Source: an uncultured delta proteobacterium (GTDB lineage Bacteria; Desulfobacterota; Binatia; DP-6). Taken from it: a stretch of DNA of 64,000 nt. Every line of letters begins with the position of its first letter. Position 1 is the stretch's first letter. The notes under the pieces were generated by a model. It saw only the letters and a program-made list of their open reading frames with translations. It was not told where the DNA came from and did no database searches. Position numbers and translations under genes: made by a program. Where the stretch lies: positions 128,001-192,000 of the forward strand of contig CAWFFN010000007.1 in NCBI GenBank assembly GCA_963815115.1. The letters are read 5' to 3'. Positions 35,324 through 44,450 of the stretch are shown here, in pieces.

Positions 35324-36277
35324 ATGGAACGCAACCTCGCGATGGATCTGGTCCGGGTCACGGAGGCGGCCGCGCTCGCCTCGGCCCGGCACATGGGCCG
35401 CGGCGACGACGTGGCGGCGGATACGGCGGCGGTCGAGGCCATGCGGAGGGCGTTCGACGCCATCGCGATCGACGGGACCGTGGTCATCGGGGAGGGGCCG
35501 GAGGACGCCATCCCGATGCTCTACGTCGGCGAGCGGGTGGGCACCGCGCAGGGTCCGCAGGTCGACGTCGCCCTCGATGCGATCGAGGGTGCGACCAGCT
35601 GTGCCACGGGCGCCTACAACGCGATCTCCGTCATCGCCATCGCCGATCCGGGCACGCTGCTGCGCGTTCCCGACACCTACATGGAGAAGATCGCGTGCGG
35701 CCCCGAGGGCCGCGGCGTGGTCGATCTCGACCGCACGCCCACCGAGAATCTCCATGCCCTGGCGGAGGCGAAGGGGGTCTACGTCGAGGACGTCACGGTG
35801 GTGATCCTCGACCGCCCGCGGCACGAGAGTCTGGTCGACGAGGTGCGGCGGACCGGAGCGCGGATCAAGCTGATCAGCGACGGCGACGTCTCGGCGGCGC
35901 TTGCCACCACGATGCCGGAGGCCGGCATCGACCTGCTCCTCGGCACGGGGCGCGCCCCGCAGGGCATCATCGCGGCCGCTGCGCTGCACTGTCTCGGAGG
36001 CGAGATGCAGGCGCGGCTCCGGCCCCGGAACGAGTTCGAGGCCGGACAGTGCCGCGCGCTCGGCCTCTTCGACCTGCAACGGAAATACACGCTCGAGCAG
36101 CTCACCTCGGGCATGGTGATGTGCGCGGCGACCGGAGTCACACCCGGCGACTATCTCGCCGGCGTGCGCTACGTACGCGGCGGCGCGGTCACCAACTCGG
36201 TCGTCATGCGCGTGGCGACGCGAACGGTGCGCTTCATCCAGGCGCACCATCACTTCGACCGCAAGCCGGAATACTGA
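35324..36277 (+). CDS. glpX: GlpX-like class II fructose-1,6-bisphosphatase homologue with substituted catalytic residues
   Basis: RVTEAAA, VIGEG, YMEK, DRPRH, DGDV and ATGVT are present; the usual DPxEGT reads DAIEGA and APEG reads APQG. Confidence 0.85.
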   Translation: MERNLAMDLVRVTEAAALASARHMGRGDDVAADTAAVEAMRRAFDAIAIDGTVVIGEGPEDAIPMLYVGERVGTAQGPQVDVALDAIEGATSCATGAYNAISVIAIADPGTLLRVPDTYMEKIACGPEGRGVVDLDRTPTENLHALAEAKGVYVEDVTVVILDRPRHESLVDEVRRTGARIKLISDGDVSAALATTMPEAGIDLLLGTGRAPQGIIAAAALHCLGGEMQARLRPRNEFEAGQCRALGLFDLQRKYTLEQLTSGMVMCAATGVTPGDYLAGVRYVRGGAVTNSVVMRVATRTVRFIQAHHHFDRKPEY

Positions 36278-36347
36278 CCCCGTTTCTGCTCGCCCGCATT
36301 GACTCTATGCGTGCGGGCGACTCTGCTCGCGCTCAGGGAGGTGTGAC

Positions 36348-36839
36348 ATGGCAGGAAAAGACGACTTCACGGCCGACGAGTGGTCGCTGCTGTGCCGGAG
36401 TCCGATGCTCGCAGGCCTGGTCGTCGTGGCGGCGAGTCCCAGCGGCCCCTTCGGCGTCATCAAGGAGATGATCGCCTTGGCGAAGCTGGTCGCCGAGACC
36501 AAGGCGAAGGGGGGCGGCGATGCGCTGGTGAGCGCACTGGTGGGCGAGATCACCACGCGCGAGGGCATCGAGCGCGCGAAGCCGACCGACGTCCAGGGCA
36601 TGTCGCCCGAGAAGGCGCGGAGCCATGGGCTCGAGCAGCTGAAGCAGGTCGCGGCACTGCTCCGTCAGAAGGCGCCGGGCGATGCGGCCGGGTTCTCGCA
36701 GTGGTTGCAGGAGGTCGCGCAGCGGGTGGCGAACGCGTCGAAGGAGGGCGGCTTCCTGGGCTTCGGCGGGACGCTGGTCAGCGAGCAGGAGCAGGCGGCG
36801 TTGCGCGACATCGCTGCGGCTCTCGGGCCGGTCTCCTAG
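36348..36839 (+). CDS. Hypothetical helical protein
   Basis: GGAGG RBS; biased codon use; KEGGFLGFGG motif near the C-terminus. Confidence 0.8.
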   Translation: MAGKDDFTADEWSLLCRSPMLAGLVVVAASPSGPFGVIKEMIALAKLVAETKAKGGGDALVSALVGEITTREGIERAKPTDVQGMSPEKARSHGLEQLKQVAALLRQKAPGDAAGFSQWLQEVAQRVANASKEGGFLGFGGTLVSEQEQAALRDIAAALGPVS

Positions 36840-37672
36840 CGCCCGGCCCGGTGGCGGTGGCCGCGCTGCGCACCCGAGCCCCTCGGGCGCGCGCCGCCGC
36901 GCGGCCTCGCCTTCCCGGTCGCTCGCCGGCGCACGGGAGGCGGAACGTAGGTGGCACGCTTCAGGATGGAGAAGTAGCGCTTCAGGTACGGGACGCCGGT
37001 GTCGGCGGCCGTCTGCGCTTCCCGCGATCCCCCGATCGACGCGAAGACGGAGCGCACGCCGTGGTAGTGATACGCGTAGAGGAGGCGATAGAGGTACTCC
37101 GTCCGCTGCACCTCGTCGGGCACGCCCTGGAGCAGCCGGCGCGCGTCGCCGAGTCGGACCAGGTCGAGCTTGGTGAGATGTCGCACACCCGCCCAGGCAT
37201 TCACGTACGGGTCGAAGCAGCGGTCACGCGTGTCGGCGTACGACTGCCAGGTGCCCTCGACGAACTGAAAGATGCCGCACGCGGTCGAGGCGGGGTTCTC
37301 GGAGAACGGATTGAACCCCGACTCCACCCGCGCGATCGCCAGGATCATTGCGCTCAGGTCGATCGGCGGACGTGCCTTGGACAGGGCGTCCACGACCGCG
37401 CGCACGGCGAGGTCCTGATCGTCGGGCGCCGCCCGACCCCAGCGCTTCCACTGCAGCGGATCGGGCGGCAGGTCGGCCGTGACGCGGCCAGCCTGGGTGA
37501 TGTCGTGCAGGAGATCGTCCGAGACGTTGTCGGGAAAGCGCAGGACGGGCGGGGGCGCAGGCGCGGCGGGCTTCCGCTTGGCGGCGGAGGCGCTGCCCGC
37601 GGCGAAGGCGACGGACAGCAGGACGACGACGGAGGCTCGCCAGAGCCGGGTGGTCGCGCGCGACGTCGGCAT
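36836..37672 (-). CDS. Exported transglycosylase SLT-domain protein
   Basis: Signal peptide; AIARVESGFNP, ACGIFQF, LYAYH. Confidence 0.8.
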   Translation of the reverse strand: MPTSRATTRLWRASVVVLLSVAFAAGSASAAKRKPAAPAPPPVLRFPDNVSDDLLHDITQAGRVTADLPPDPLQWKRWGRAAPDDQDLAVRAVVDALSKARPPIDLSAMILAIARVESGFNPFSENPASTACGIFQFVEGTWQSYADTRDRCFDPYVNAWAGVRHLTKLDLVRLGDARRLLQGVPDEVQRTEYLYRLLYAYHYHGVRSVFASIGGSREAQTAADTGVPYLKRYFSILKRATYVPPPVRRRATGKARPRGGARPRGSGAQRGHRHRAGR

Positions 37673-37767
37673 GCACGGGGCCGGTCCGGAGGACCGTCCC
37701 GCAGGCGATAGCAGACCGCCTCCTCGGCGCCAAGCCAAACTTCGTGACGCGGCGCGCGAGCCGACTA

Positions 37768-38862
37768 TCAGCCGACTGCGTGCTGCGCCCGATTCGAGCG
37801 TGGCGGCAACGCACCGGCTCCAGGCGGCGCCGTCGCCGCCTCGTAGCCCGTCCAGCAGCCGAGCGTGAAGTCGTAGAGCTTGCAGCGACGGGTCGCCGCC
37901 AGCCATGCGCGCAGGCGCAATGGCCGGACGGCCATCGCGCCGCCGCTCTCGCGCGCCAGCACCGCGGTGGCAAGCGGCAGATGGTAGAAGGGAATGCGCG
38001 GGTCCAGGTGGTGCGCCGTGTGCAGGAAGATGTTGTGCCAGAAGACGTTCAGCCAGCCGGGAATCACGTGGCTCGTCGCGCCGTCCAGCGGGGCGACGCT
38101 GCCGCGGCCGTCGGTGCGCGGCTGCCAGGCTGCTTCGGGGCCGATGTGGTGGATGTGCACCGTCGCGCCGATCAGCCAGTTCCACGCCAGCCACGGCGCG
38201 ACCAGCACCTTGGCCCAGATCCAGAGCGCGCCGCCGGCACTGCCGGTCCGCGTCCACCCCACCCACAGGAGCGCAGCCGTGGCGAGCACGAGGTACGTCC
38301 ACACGCGGCGGCGATCCCGGCGGAAGGCACGCCGCAGCCGTGGCGGCGGCTCGATGCGCATCATGCGTTGCCACCACATGACGCGCAGATAGTAGAGTCC
38401 CGCGCCCCACGCGGACCACTCGACGCGATGGAGCAGCCTGCCGAGCCGTCCCAGCCGGGCGTACTGCGAGGGCGTCAGCGGATGCCACACGAAGTCGATG
38501 CCAGCGCGCCCCGCGTGCCCGTGGTGTACGCGGTTGTGGCCGAGCACCCACACCTCGTAGGCGTGCAGGCTCGGCAGGAGCGCCAGCTGGGCCGTCCAGT
38601 AGGCGAGGGGGCGGCTCCGGAAGAGCGCGCCGTGGGCGGCGTCGTGCCCCAGCACGAAGAGCGCGCCGATCGCCAGCCCGCCGGCGAGCCAGAGGAGGGG
38701 CAGCAGGGCGGGCTGGTCGACGGCGAGGAGCAGGGCGGTGACGCCGGCGAACATCGCCAGGTCGCGCGTCAGGTAGGCGAGGCCGCGCCACGCGGGGTTG
38801 GCGTAGCAGGCGGGCGGCAATGTGCCGATGAGCGCCTTCACGTCGCGGGACGACGCTACCAT
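37768..38862 (-). CDS. Membrane fatty acid desaturase (omega-6/delta-12-like)
   Basis: His boxes HDAAH, HNRVHH, HTAHH; IPFYHL; GGAGG upstream of ATG 38862. Confidence 0.9.
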   Translation of the reverse strand: MVASSRDVKALIGTLPPACYANPAWRGLAYLTRDLAMFAGVTALLLAVDQPALLPLLWLAGGLAIGALFVLGHDAAHGALFRSRPLAYWTAQLALLPSLHAYEVWVLGHNRVHHGHAGRAGIDFVWHPLTPSQYARLGRLGRLLHRVEWSAWGAGLYYLRVMWWQRMMRIEPPPRLRRAFRRDRRRVWTYLVLATAALLWVGWTRTGSAGGALWIWAKVLVAPWLAWNWLIGATVHIHHIGPEAAWQPRTDGRGSVAPLDGATSHVIPGWLNVFWHNIFLHTAHHLDPRIPFYHLPLATAVLARESGGAMAVRPLRLRAWLAATRRCKLYDFTLGCWTGYEAATAPPGAGALPPRSNRAQHAVG

Positions 38863-39596
38863 GCGTGGCACCTCCGGCTCGCGGCCGTCGAGCAGCGCCG
38901 TGATGTGCGCCATCAGGCCGTCGGCCTGTGCCTGCAACTCGTCGCGGCCGGTCGCGCCGGCGGTGGTGGTAGCGGCCGGCCGAACGCGACCGTCACCCGG
39001 CCGGGGCGGGGCAGGCGCTGCCAGCGCGGGAAGGCCTCGAAGGCGCCGCGGATGGCGACGGGCACGATCGGTGCCTGCGCCGCGGCCGCGATGTGCACGA
39101 TGCCCGGCTGCGCGTGCTGCGGGCGGCCGGTGCGGGAGATGCGGCCCTCGGGGAAGACGATCAGCGGCTCGCCGCCTGCGAGCACGGCACAGGCCAGACG
39201 GATCGCGCGCGGATCGGGGCGGCCCGTCCGTACCGGCACGGCGCCGTTGAAGCGCATCCAGGTGCCGAGCTGCGGATGGTCCCAGTAGGTGCGATCGACC
39301 AGGAAGCGCACCTGCCAGGGCAGGAAGTAGGAGATGAACGCCCAGTCGAGCATGGAGACGTGGTTGGAGGCGATCACGAACGGGCCGTACGGTGGCACGT
39401 GGGCGTGGCCTTCGCCGCGCATGCCGAAGTAGACGCGAAACAGCGGACGCAAGATCCAGCGCAGGGCGTGATGGATGGCCGGCGTCCGTGGCGGCACGAC
39501 GACCCGCCGGCGCGTGCGGAGCGACGACCGACGCGGTCCGGAGGGCGTGTCTGCCGCAGGCTCGCACGGGACGGGCCGCACGGCCGGCGTTACCAT
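38863..39596 (-). CDS. 1-acyl-sn-glycerol-3-phosphate (PlsC-like) acyltransferase; frameshift near 38965; possibly fused to the desaturase
   Basis: NHVSMLD (HX4D), FPEG, IVPVAIRG. The typical C-terminal helix (DELQAQADGLMAHITALL) lies in the desaturase frame. Confidence 0.85.
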
Positions 39597-42500
39597 GGCG
39601 TCCCGCTCGCCCGCAACGTTTCCGGTTCCGGCGTAGCGTGGAACGTGCGTTGCCGCGTGTGCTCGGCCTCGCGCTCGAGGCCCAGGGCGCCGAACATCTC
39701 GAGCGACCGCGCCAGGCAGGCCGCGCCGTTCAGTCCAAGCAGCCGCGTGCCGCCGTCCGCCAGGCTCCCGCCGGCGACGGCCCAGGTCCGCGCCACCTCG
39801 GGCCGTGCCCCCATCTGCGCGCCCACGGTGAGCGCGCGCTCCCAGGCGCGGAGCGCCCGCGCGGGTCGTCCGAGCAGCCACCAGATGCGGCCCGCCAGCT
39901 GGTGGATCTCGGTGCGCTGGATCGAGACCTTGGCCGCGATGCGGAGCGCGTAGCGGATGCTGCCGCGCGCGTGCCAGCCGAGGAGGGCCGTCGAGCCGCC
40001 GCCGGCGACCGCCTCCTCGAGCAGCGCCACCTGGTGGCGGAGCCGAGCCGCGGCATAGGCGCTCAGGTGCCAGGGCGGCACTTCGATCGTGCGGCTGGTG
40101 ATCCGCTCCGCCGCCGCCAGGCTGCGTTCGGCTGCCCCGCGCCGGCCGAGCAGGAGCTGCGCCTTGGCGTAGGTGCCGAGCCCGAGCACGCGCAGCGCGT
40201 CTTCGTGGCGCATCGCGGTGTAGTCCTCGGCGGCGGCGCTGGCCTCGGCCAGCCGACGCTCTTCCAGCAGCAGCAAGGACGTCATGCCGTCGTGGTTCGC
40301 GCCCGCGAAGGCGTAGCCGTAGCTGTCGTTCATGTCGTCGAGCTGGCCGAGCAGCGCGCGCGCCCCCGCGAAGTCGCCCTGTCGCAGCCGCCGATCGCAG
40401 TAGAGGCCGAGGTACGTGTTCACGTCCCACAGCTGGCCGCAGCGCAGCGCCTCCTCCACCAGCCCCTCGTCGATCACGGAGCCATCCCCCCAGTCGCCGA
40501 GAAGGTACTGATGGATGAAGCTCATCGAGGCGCAGGTGAAGACGTCACGCACGTTGCCCGGGCGAATCAGACCCTTTGCGATGGCGAGCGCCCGCCGGCT
40601 CACCGCGAACGACAGGCCCGAGTAGCAGAACATGGTGGCGAACGAGGCGTACATGGCGCTCGCCTGGTCGATCTGCCGCATGTCGAGGCGGTTGAAGCGC
40701 CGGAAGGCCCCGACCAGGTCGATGAGGAGCCTGGTGGGGTCGCTGGTGATCTCGGCCCGGCCCCGGTTGAAGTAGATGTCGCTGATCTGCCGCTCGCGCG
40801 GCCAGTCGGTCACCTCGCGCCGGCGCCCCGTGCGGACGTAGAGCTGGCCCAGCACGCCCAGGAGATCGACCGCGAAGCGGACGTAGCCGCCGAGACGGCT
40901 CCGCGGCACGTGCTCGCCGAGCAGGCTCAGCGCCGCGTCGAAGTGCTCGATCGCCTCCGTCAGGTCGCCCTTGTTGAGCAACGCCAGGCCGATGCTCTGC
41001 TCCAGCACCGCCTTCTTCCGGGGATCGCCGCCGTCGCGATGGAGCTGGAGGTAGAGCCGCGAGGCATCGCGGAAGAAGGTCAGCGCCTCGTTCGACGCCG
41101 CCGAGCGCGTGGCCTCCTCGCCGGCCTGGAAGAGATACTGCTCGGCCTTCTCGAGCTCCTCGGCGCGGCTGTAGTGGTACGCCAGCATGCCGTAGAAATC
41201 GCTCAGCCGGTCCGCGTAGATGCTCTCGATGGCCCGGGCCACGCGCCGGTGCAGTGCCTGCCGCGTTTTCTGCAGGATCGCCTCGTAGATCGTCTCCTGC
41301 ACGAGGGCATGGGTGAAGACGTACCCGCGCTCCGGGAAGAGCAGTCGGCGGCGGACGGCACCGGTGCGGCGGGTCCGGCGGGCGCGGATCAGCTGGCGGC
41401 GAATCAGGTCGTCGAGGATGCCGTCGAGGTTCTGCTCGTCGCCCAGGATATCGGCAATGAGCTGGTGCTGGAACGAGCGGCCGATCGCGGCCGCCACCTG
41501 CAACACGCGCCGCGTGGGCTCGTCGAGGCGATCGACGCGGCTCATCACGACCTCCTGCACCGTGCCGGGGATGACCGCGGCCTGCAGCCTGTCGGTCAAC
41601 CGCACCTGGCCGTCCTCGTAGGTCACCGCGCCGTCCTCGATGAGCGAGCGGATCACCTCCTCGATGTAGAACGGATTGCCCTCTGCCCGCCCGACGATCA
41701 GCTCGCGCGTCGCGTACGGCAGGTCGGGCGTGCCGAGCAGGTTCTGGATGAGCGCGTAGCACTGTGGTGCGGTGAGATGGCCGAGGCGGATCTCGGTGTA
41801 GAGGGCCGCATGCTCGGTCCGGGCCGTCGCCAGGATGCGATCCGAGGTCTCCGGCGCCTCCGGGCGTGCGAGCACCACGAAGAGGAGAGGGTACCGGCCC
41901 GCCAGCCGCAGCAGGGCTTCGAGGAGCTCGATCGACGACTGATCCGCCCAGTGCAGATCCTCGAAGACCAGCACCGTGGGACGCACGTCCGTCAGACGCC
42001 GGAGCACGTGCCGGACGTGCTTCAGGATCAGCTCGACCATGGCCTCGCCTTCGCCGCCGCGTACGGGCGCGGCGTGCTCGCCGGTCGGCCGCATGCCCAT
42101 CATCATGGCGACGAACGGGAACACCTCGTCGCGCTCGGCCTCCGGCATGATGCCGGCCAGGGCGGCGAGGAGCTTCATCTCGGCGGCTGCCTCGTCGTCG
42201 TCGACGATGCCCGCCCAGCGCTGCAGGAGATCGACGAAGGGATGGAAGCTGAGGCCGTGGCCGACGGAGAAGGCGCGTCCCTCGAGGACCGTCACGTGAC
42301 GCGCGGGCTCCAGTCGCAGCAGCTCGGCGAGGAGCCGCGACTTGCCGAGCCCGGCCTCGCCCACGATGCCGACGATGCCGCCGCTCCCGTCGGCCAGGCG
42401 ACGCACGCAGTCCGCGAGCGTCGCCAGCTCCGCCTCGCGCCCGATCACCGCCGACGCGATGGACCATGTCGCTGCGGCGCTCGTGCGGGGCGTGCGGTGG

Positions 42501-43684
42501 AGCTGCTCCCGGGACGAGCGCAGCGCGAACGCCGGCTGCGGATTCGCCTTGCCCTTCAGCCGGAGCGGCTCGAGGGCCTCGAACTCGAACTCGGCGGCGG
42601 TCGCCCGATGGGTGTCGGCGCCCACCCAGACGTCGCCATCGCCGGCGGCATCGCACAGCCGGGCCGCCAGGTTGACGGCATCGCCCATCACGGTGAAGCC
42701 GCGCTTCGTGCGCCCGCCGACTTCACCTGCGATGACCAGTCCCGTGTTGATGCCGATCTGCAGCGTGAGCGGGACGAGCAGGGCGGCGCGGACCTCGGGT
42801 TCCTCCAGGAAGGCGGCGAGGCGTCGCCGGAGATCGATGGCCGCGTTCAGCGCCTGGCGCGGGGCGTGCTCGATGGCGTTGGGCACGCCGAACAGTGCCA
42901 TCATGCACTCGCCCACATACTTGTCGACGACCCCGCCGTACGCCTGCACGGCCGCCTCCAGCTCGCCGAAGCAGCGGTCGAGCAGGGCCTTCAGGCGCTC
43001 GGCCGGCAGCGTGCCGTAGAGCGCGGCGAAGCCGCCGACGTTGGCGAACAGCATCGTCGCCTGGCGGCGCTCGCTGGGACGGACGGCGGGCCGGGGGGGT
43101 CGGGCCTCGCCCTCGAGCGCGCGAGCGACGACGGGCTCCCCGCCGGCCCCGACCACCCGGGTCGCCTCCGAGCGGTACGGGAACGCGTCGTCGGTCTCGG
43201 CAGCGGTGCGGGGACAGACGAGGATGCCGCCGGTCTCGCACGTCGCCGCAAGCCGCTCGGCCAGGCGCACCGTCTCGCCCATCACGCCCGCGCTGCGCCC
43301 CGGCACGTCGCCGATGCCGCCGATGATGACCGGGCCGGTGGCCATGCCGACATGCAGGTCGAGCGCCGTCGGCTGCCCATCCAGATCGCCGATCTCGCGG
43401 ACGGCCGCGCGCATCGCGAGCGCTGCGGTCACGCCACGCCGCGTGCCCTCGGTCCCCGTCTCACCGAGTCCGAAGACGGCCAGAACACAGTCGCCGACGT
43501 ACTGCTCGACCGTGCCGCCATACGCCGTGACCACGTCCTCGAGCGCCGCGAGGCAGCGGTTGATGAGCTCGGTGACTGCTTCGGGGTCGAGGGTCTCGGC
43601 GAGTGCGGTGAAGCCGGAGACGTCCGCCACGACCACGGTCGCGTCGTGCCGCGAGTGCGCGCTCGAGCCTCGATCCGACACCAT
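39590..43684 (-). CDS. Tandem class III nucleotide cyclase domains plus STAND/AAA NTPase plus TPR-like region (sAC-like architecture)
   Basis: C1 ADVSGFT..VGD; C2 ANVGGF..DKYVGE..TVMGDAVNLAARL; Walker A GEAGLGKS; Walker B VFEDLHWAD; GNPFYIEE; helical repeats. Confidence 0.92.
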   Translation of the reverse strand: MVSDRGSSAHSRHDATVVVADVSGFTALAETLDPEAVTELINRCLAALEDVVTAYGGTVEQYVGDCVLAVFGLGETGTEGTRRGVTAALAMRAAVREIGDLDGQPTALDLHVGMATGPVIIGGIGDVPGRSAGVMGETVRLAERLAATCETGGILVCPRTAAETDDAFPYRSEATRVVGAGGEPVVARALEGEARPPRPAVRPSERRQATMLFANVGGFAALYGTLPAERLKALLDRCFGELEAAVQAYGGVVDKYVGECMMALFGVPNAIEHAPRQALNAAIDLRRRLAAFLEEPEVRAALLVPLTLQIGINTGLVIAGEVGGRTKRGFTVMGDAVNLAARLCDAAGDGDVWVGADTHRATAAEFEFEALEPLRLKGKANPQPAFALRSSREQLHRTPRTSAAATWSIASAVIGREAELATLADCVRRLADGSGGIVGIVGEAGLGKSRLLAELLRLEPARHVTVLEGRAFSVGHGLSFHPFVDLLQRWAGIVDDDEAAAEMKLLAALAGIMPEAERDEVFPFVAMMMGMRPTGEHAAPVRGGEGEAMVELILKHVRHVLRRLTDVRPTVLVFEDLHWADQSSIELLEALLRLAGRYPLLFVVLARPEAPETSDRILATARTEHAALYTEIRLGHLTAPQCYALIQNLLGTPDLPYATRELIVGRAEGNPFYIEEVIRSLIEDGAVTYEDGQVRLTDRLQAAVIPGTVQEVVMSRVDRLDEPTRRVLQVAAAIGRSFQHQLIADILGDEQNLDGILDDLIRRQLIRARRTRRTGAVRRRLLFPERGYVFTHALVQETIYEAILQKTRQALHRRVARAIESIYADRLSDFYGMLAYHYSRAEELEKAEQYLFQAGEEATRSAASNEALTFFRDASRLYLQLHRDGGDPRKKAVLEQSIGLALLNKGDLTEAIEHFDAALSLLGEHVPRSRLGGYVRFAVDLLGVLGQLYVRTGRRREVTDWPRERQISDIYFNRGRAEITSDPTRLLIDLVGAFRRFNRLDMRQIDQASAMYASFATMFCYSGLSFAVSRRALAIAKGLIRPGNVRDVFTCASMSFIHQYLLGDWGDGSVIDEGLVEEALRCGQLWDVNTYLGLYCDRRLRQGDFAGARALLGQLDDMNDSYGYAFAGANHDGMTSLLLLEERRLAEASAAAEDYTAMRHEDALRVLGLGTYAKAQLLLGRRGAAERSLAAAERITSRTIEVPPWHLSAYAAARLRHQVALLEEAVAGGGSTALLGWHARGSIRYALRIAAKVSIQRTEIHQLAGRIWWLLGRPARALRAWERALTVGAQMGARPEVARTWAVAGGSLADGGTRLLGLNGAACLARSLEMFGALGLEREAEHTRQRTFHATPEPETLRASGTPW

Positions 43685-43748
43685 GAGGAACGCTATGAGA
43701 ACGCCCCGGCCGCTGCCCCGGGGCCGGGTCCAACGAGCCAGCGCGCTG

Positions 43749-44450
43749 CTAGTTCGCCACGAAGCCGCCCTTCACCTTGAGTCGCAGGACGGTGGCGAGC
43801 CCGTCGGCGCCCCGATCGGTCAGACTCACCGAGCTCACCTTGGTCACGACGGGAGTGCCGGTAGCGCCGAAGATCGCGCGCAGGGCGTCGGCAAGCTCGG
43901 GGTCCTGGGGCCGGAAGAGCAGGTCGTTGACGATCGGCTCTTTCCCGTCAAGACGGATGTCGGTGTCGGTCTCGCTCACCAGACGCTGCTCGTCGATGGC
44001 CACCCCGAAGGTGTCTCTTGGCGCGGAGGTGATGGTGCTCAGGTCCGTACCGCTCAGGTCCTGATAGGTCTGCGACAGGACGCCTCTCTTGCCGAGGTCG
44101 ATGATCACCGTGAGCGCGACGGCGTTCTGGATCGTCTGCGAGCCGTCGAGGGCGCTCACGTTGTTGTCCGCGATCATCGTCATGACGGCGGAGAAGGTCG
44201 CGCCCTTCTCGAAGACCATGGTGCACTTGGCGCCGAGGCAGAAGTCGTTCTCCGCGGGCCGCGAGACGCTGCAGGTGAGGGTGTCGGTGACGGAGCCGAA
44301 GTCGGGGACGCACGCCAGCCCGGCGTTGGTCCCCTTGTCACAGACGTGCGGCAGTTTGGGCTCGCGGGCCGTGCAGTCGACGGCGGCGCGAGCAAGGCCG
44401 GGAAGCGTGGCGAGCAGGGCGAGCGCGAGAAGCGAACGCGACGATGTCAT
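43749..44450 (-). CDS. Secreted hypothetical protein with Cys-rich N-terminal region
   Basis: Signal peptide ending ARA-A; six Cys in the first ~60 mature residues; ATGA overlap with the lnt stop. Confidence 0.8.
   Translation of the reverse strand: MTSSRSLLALALLATLPGLARAAVDCTAREPKLPHVCDKGTNAGLACVPDFGSVTDTLTCSVSRPAENDFCLGAKCTMVFEKGATFSAVMTMIADNNVSALDGSQTIQNAVALTVIIDLGKRGVLSQTYQDLSGTDLSTITSAPRDTFGVAIDEQRLVSETDTDIRLDGKEPIVNDLLFRPQDPELADALRAIFGATGTPVVTKVSSVSLTDRGADGLATVLRLKVKGGFVAN

Noticed and set aside
39392-43780. 1462-aa plus-strand ORF, and similar long ORFs such as 54107-58348 (-), 46236-48767 (-) and 14498-16918 (-)
   Set aside because: Antisense shadows of real genes in very GC-rich DNA, with no domain motifs.
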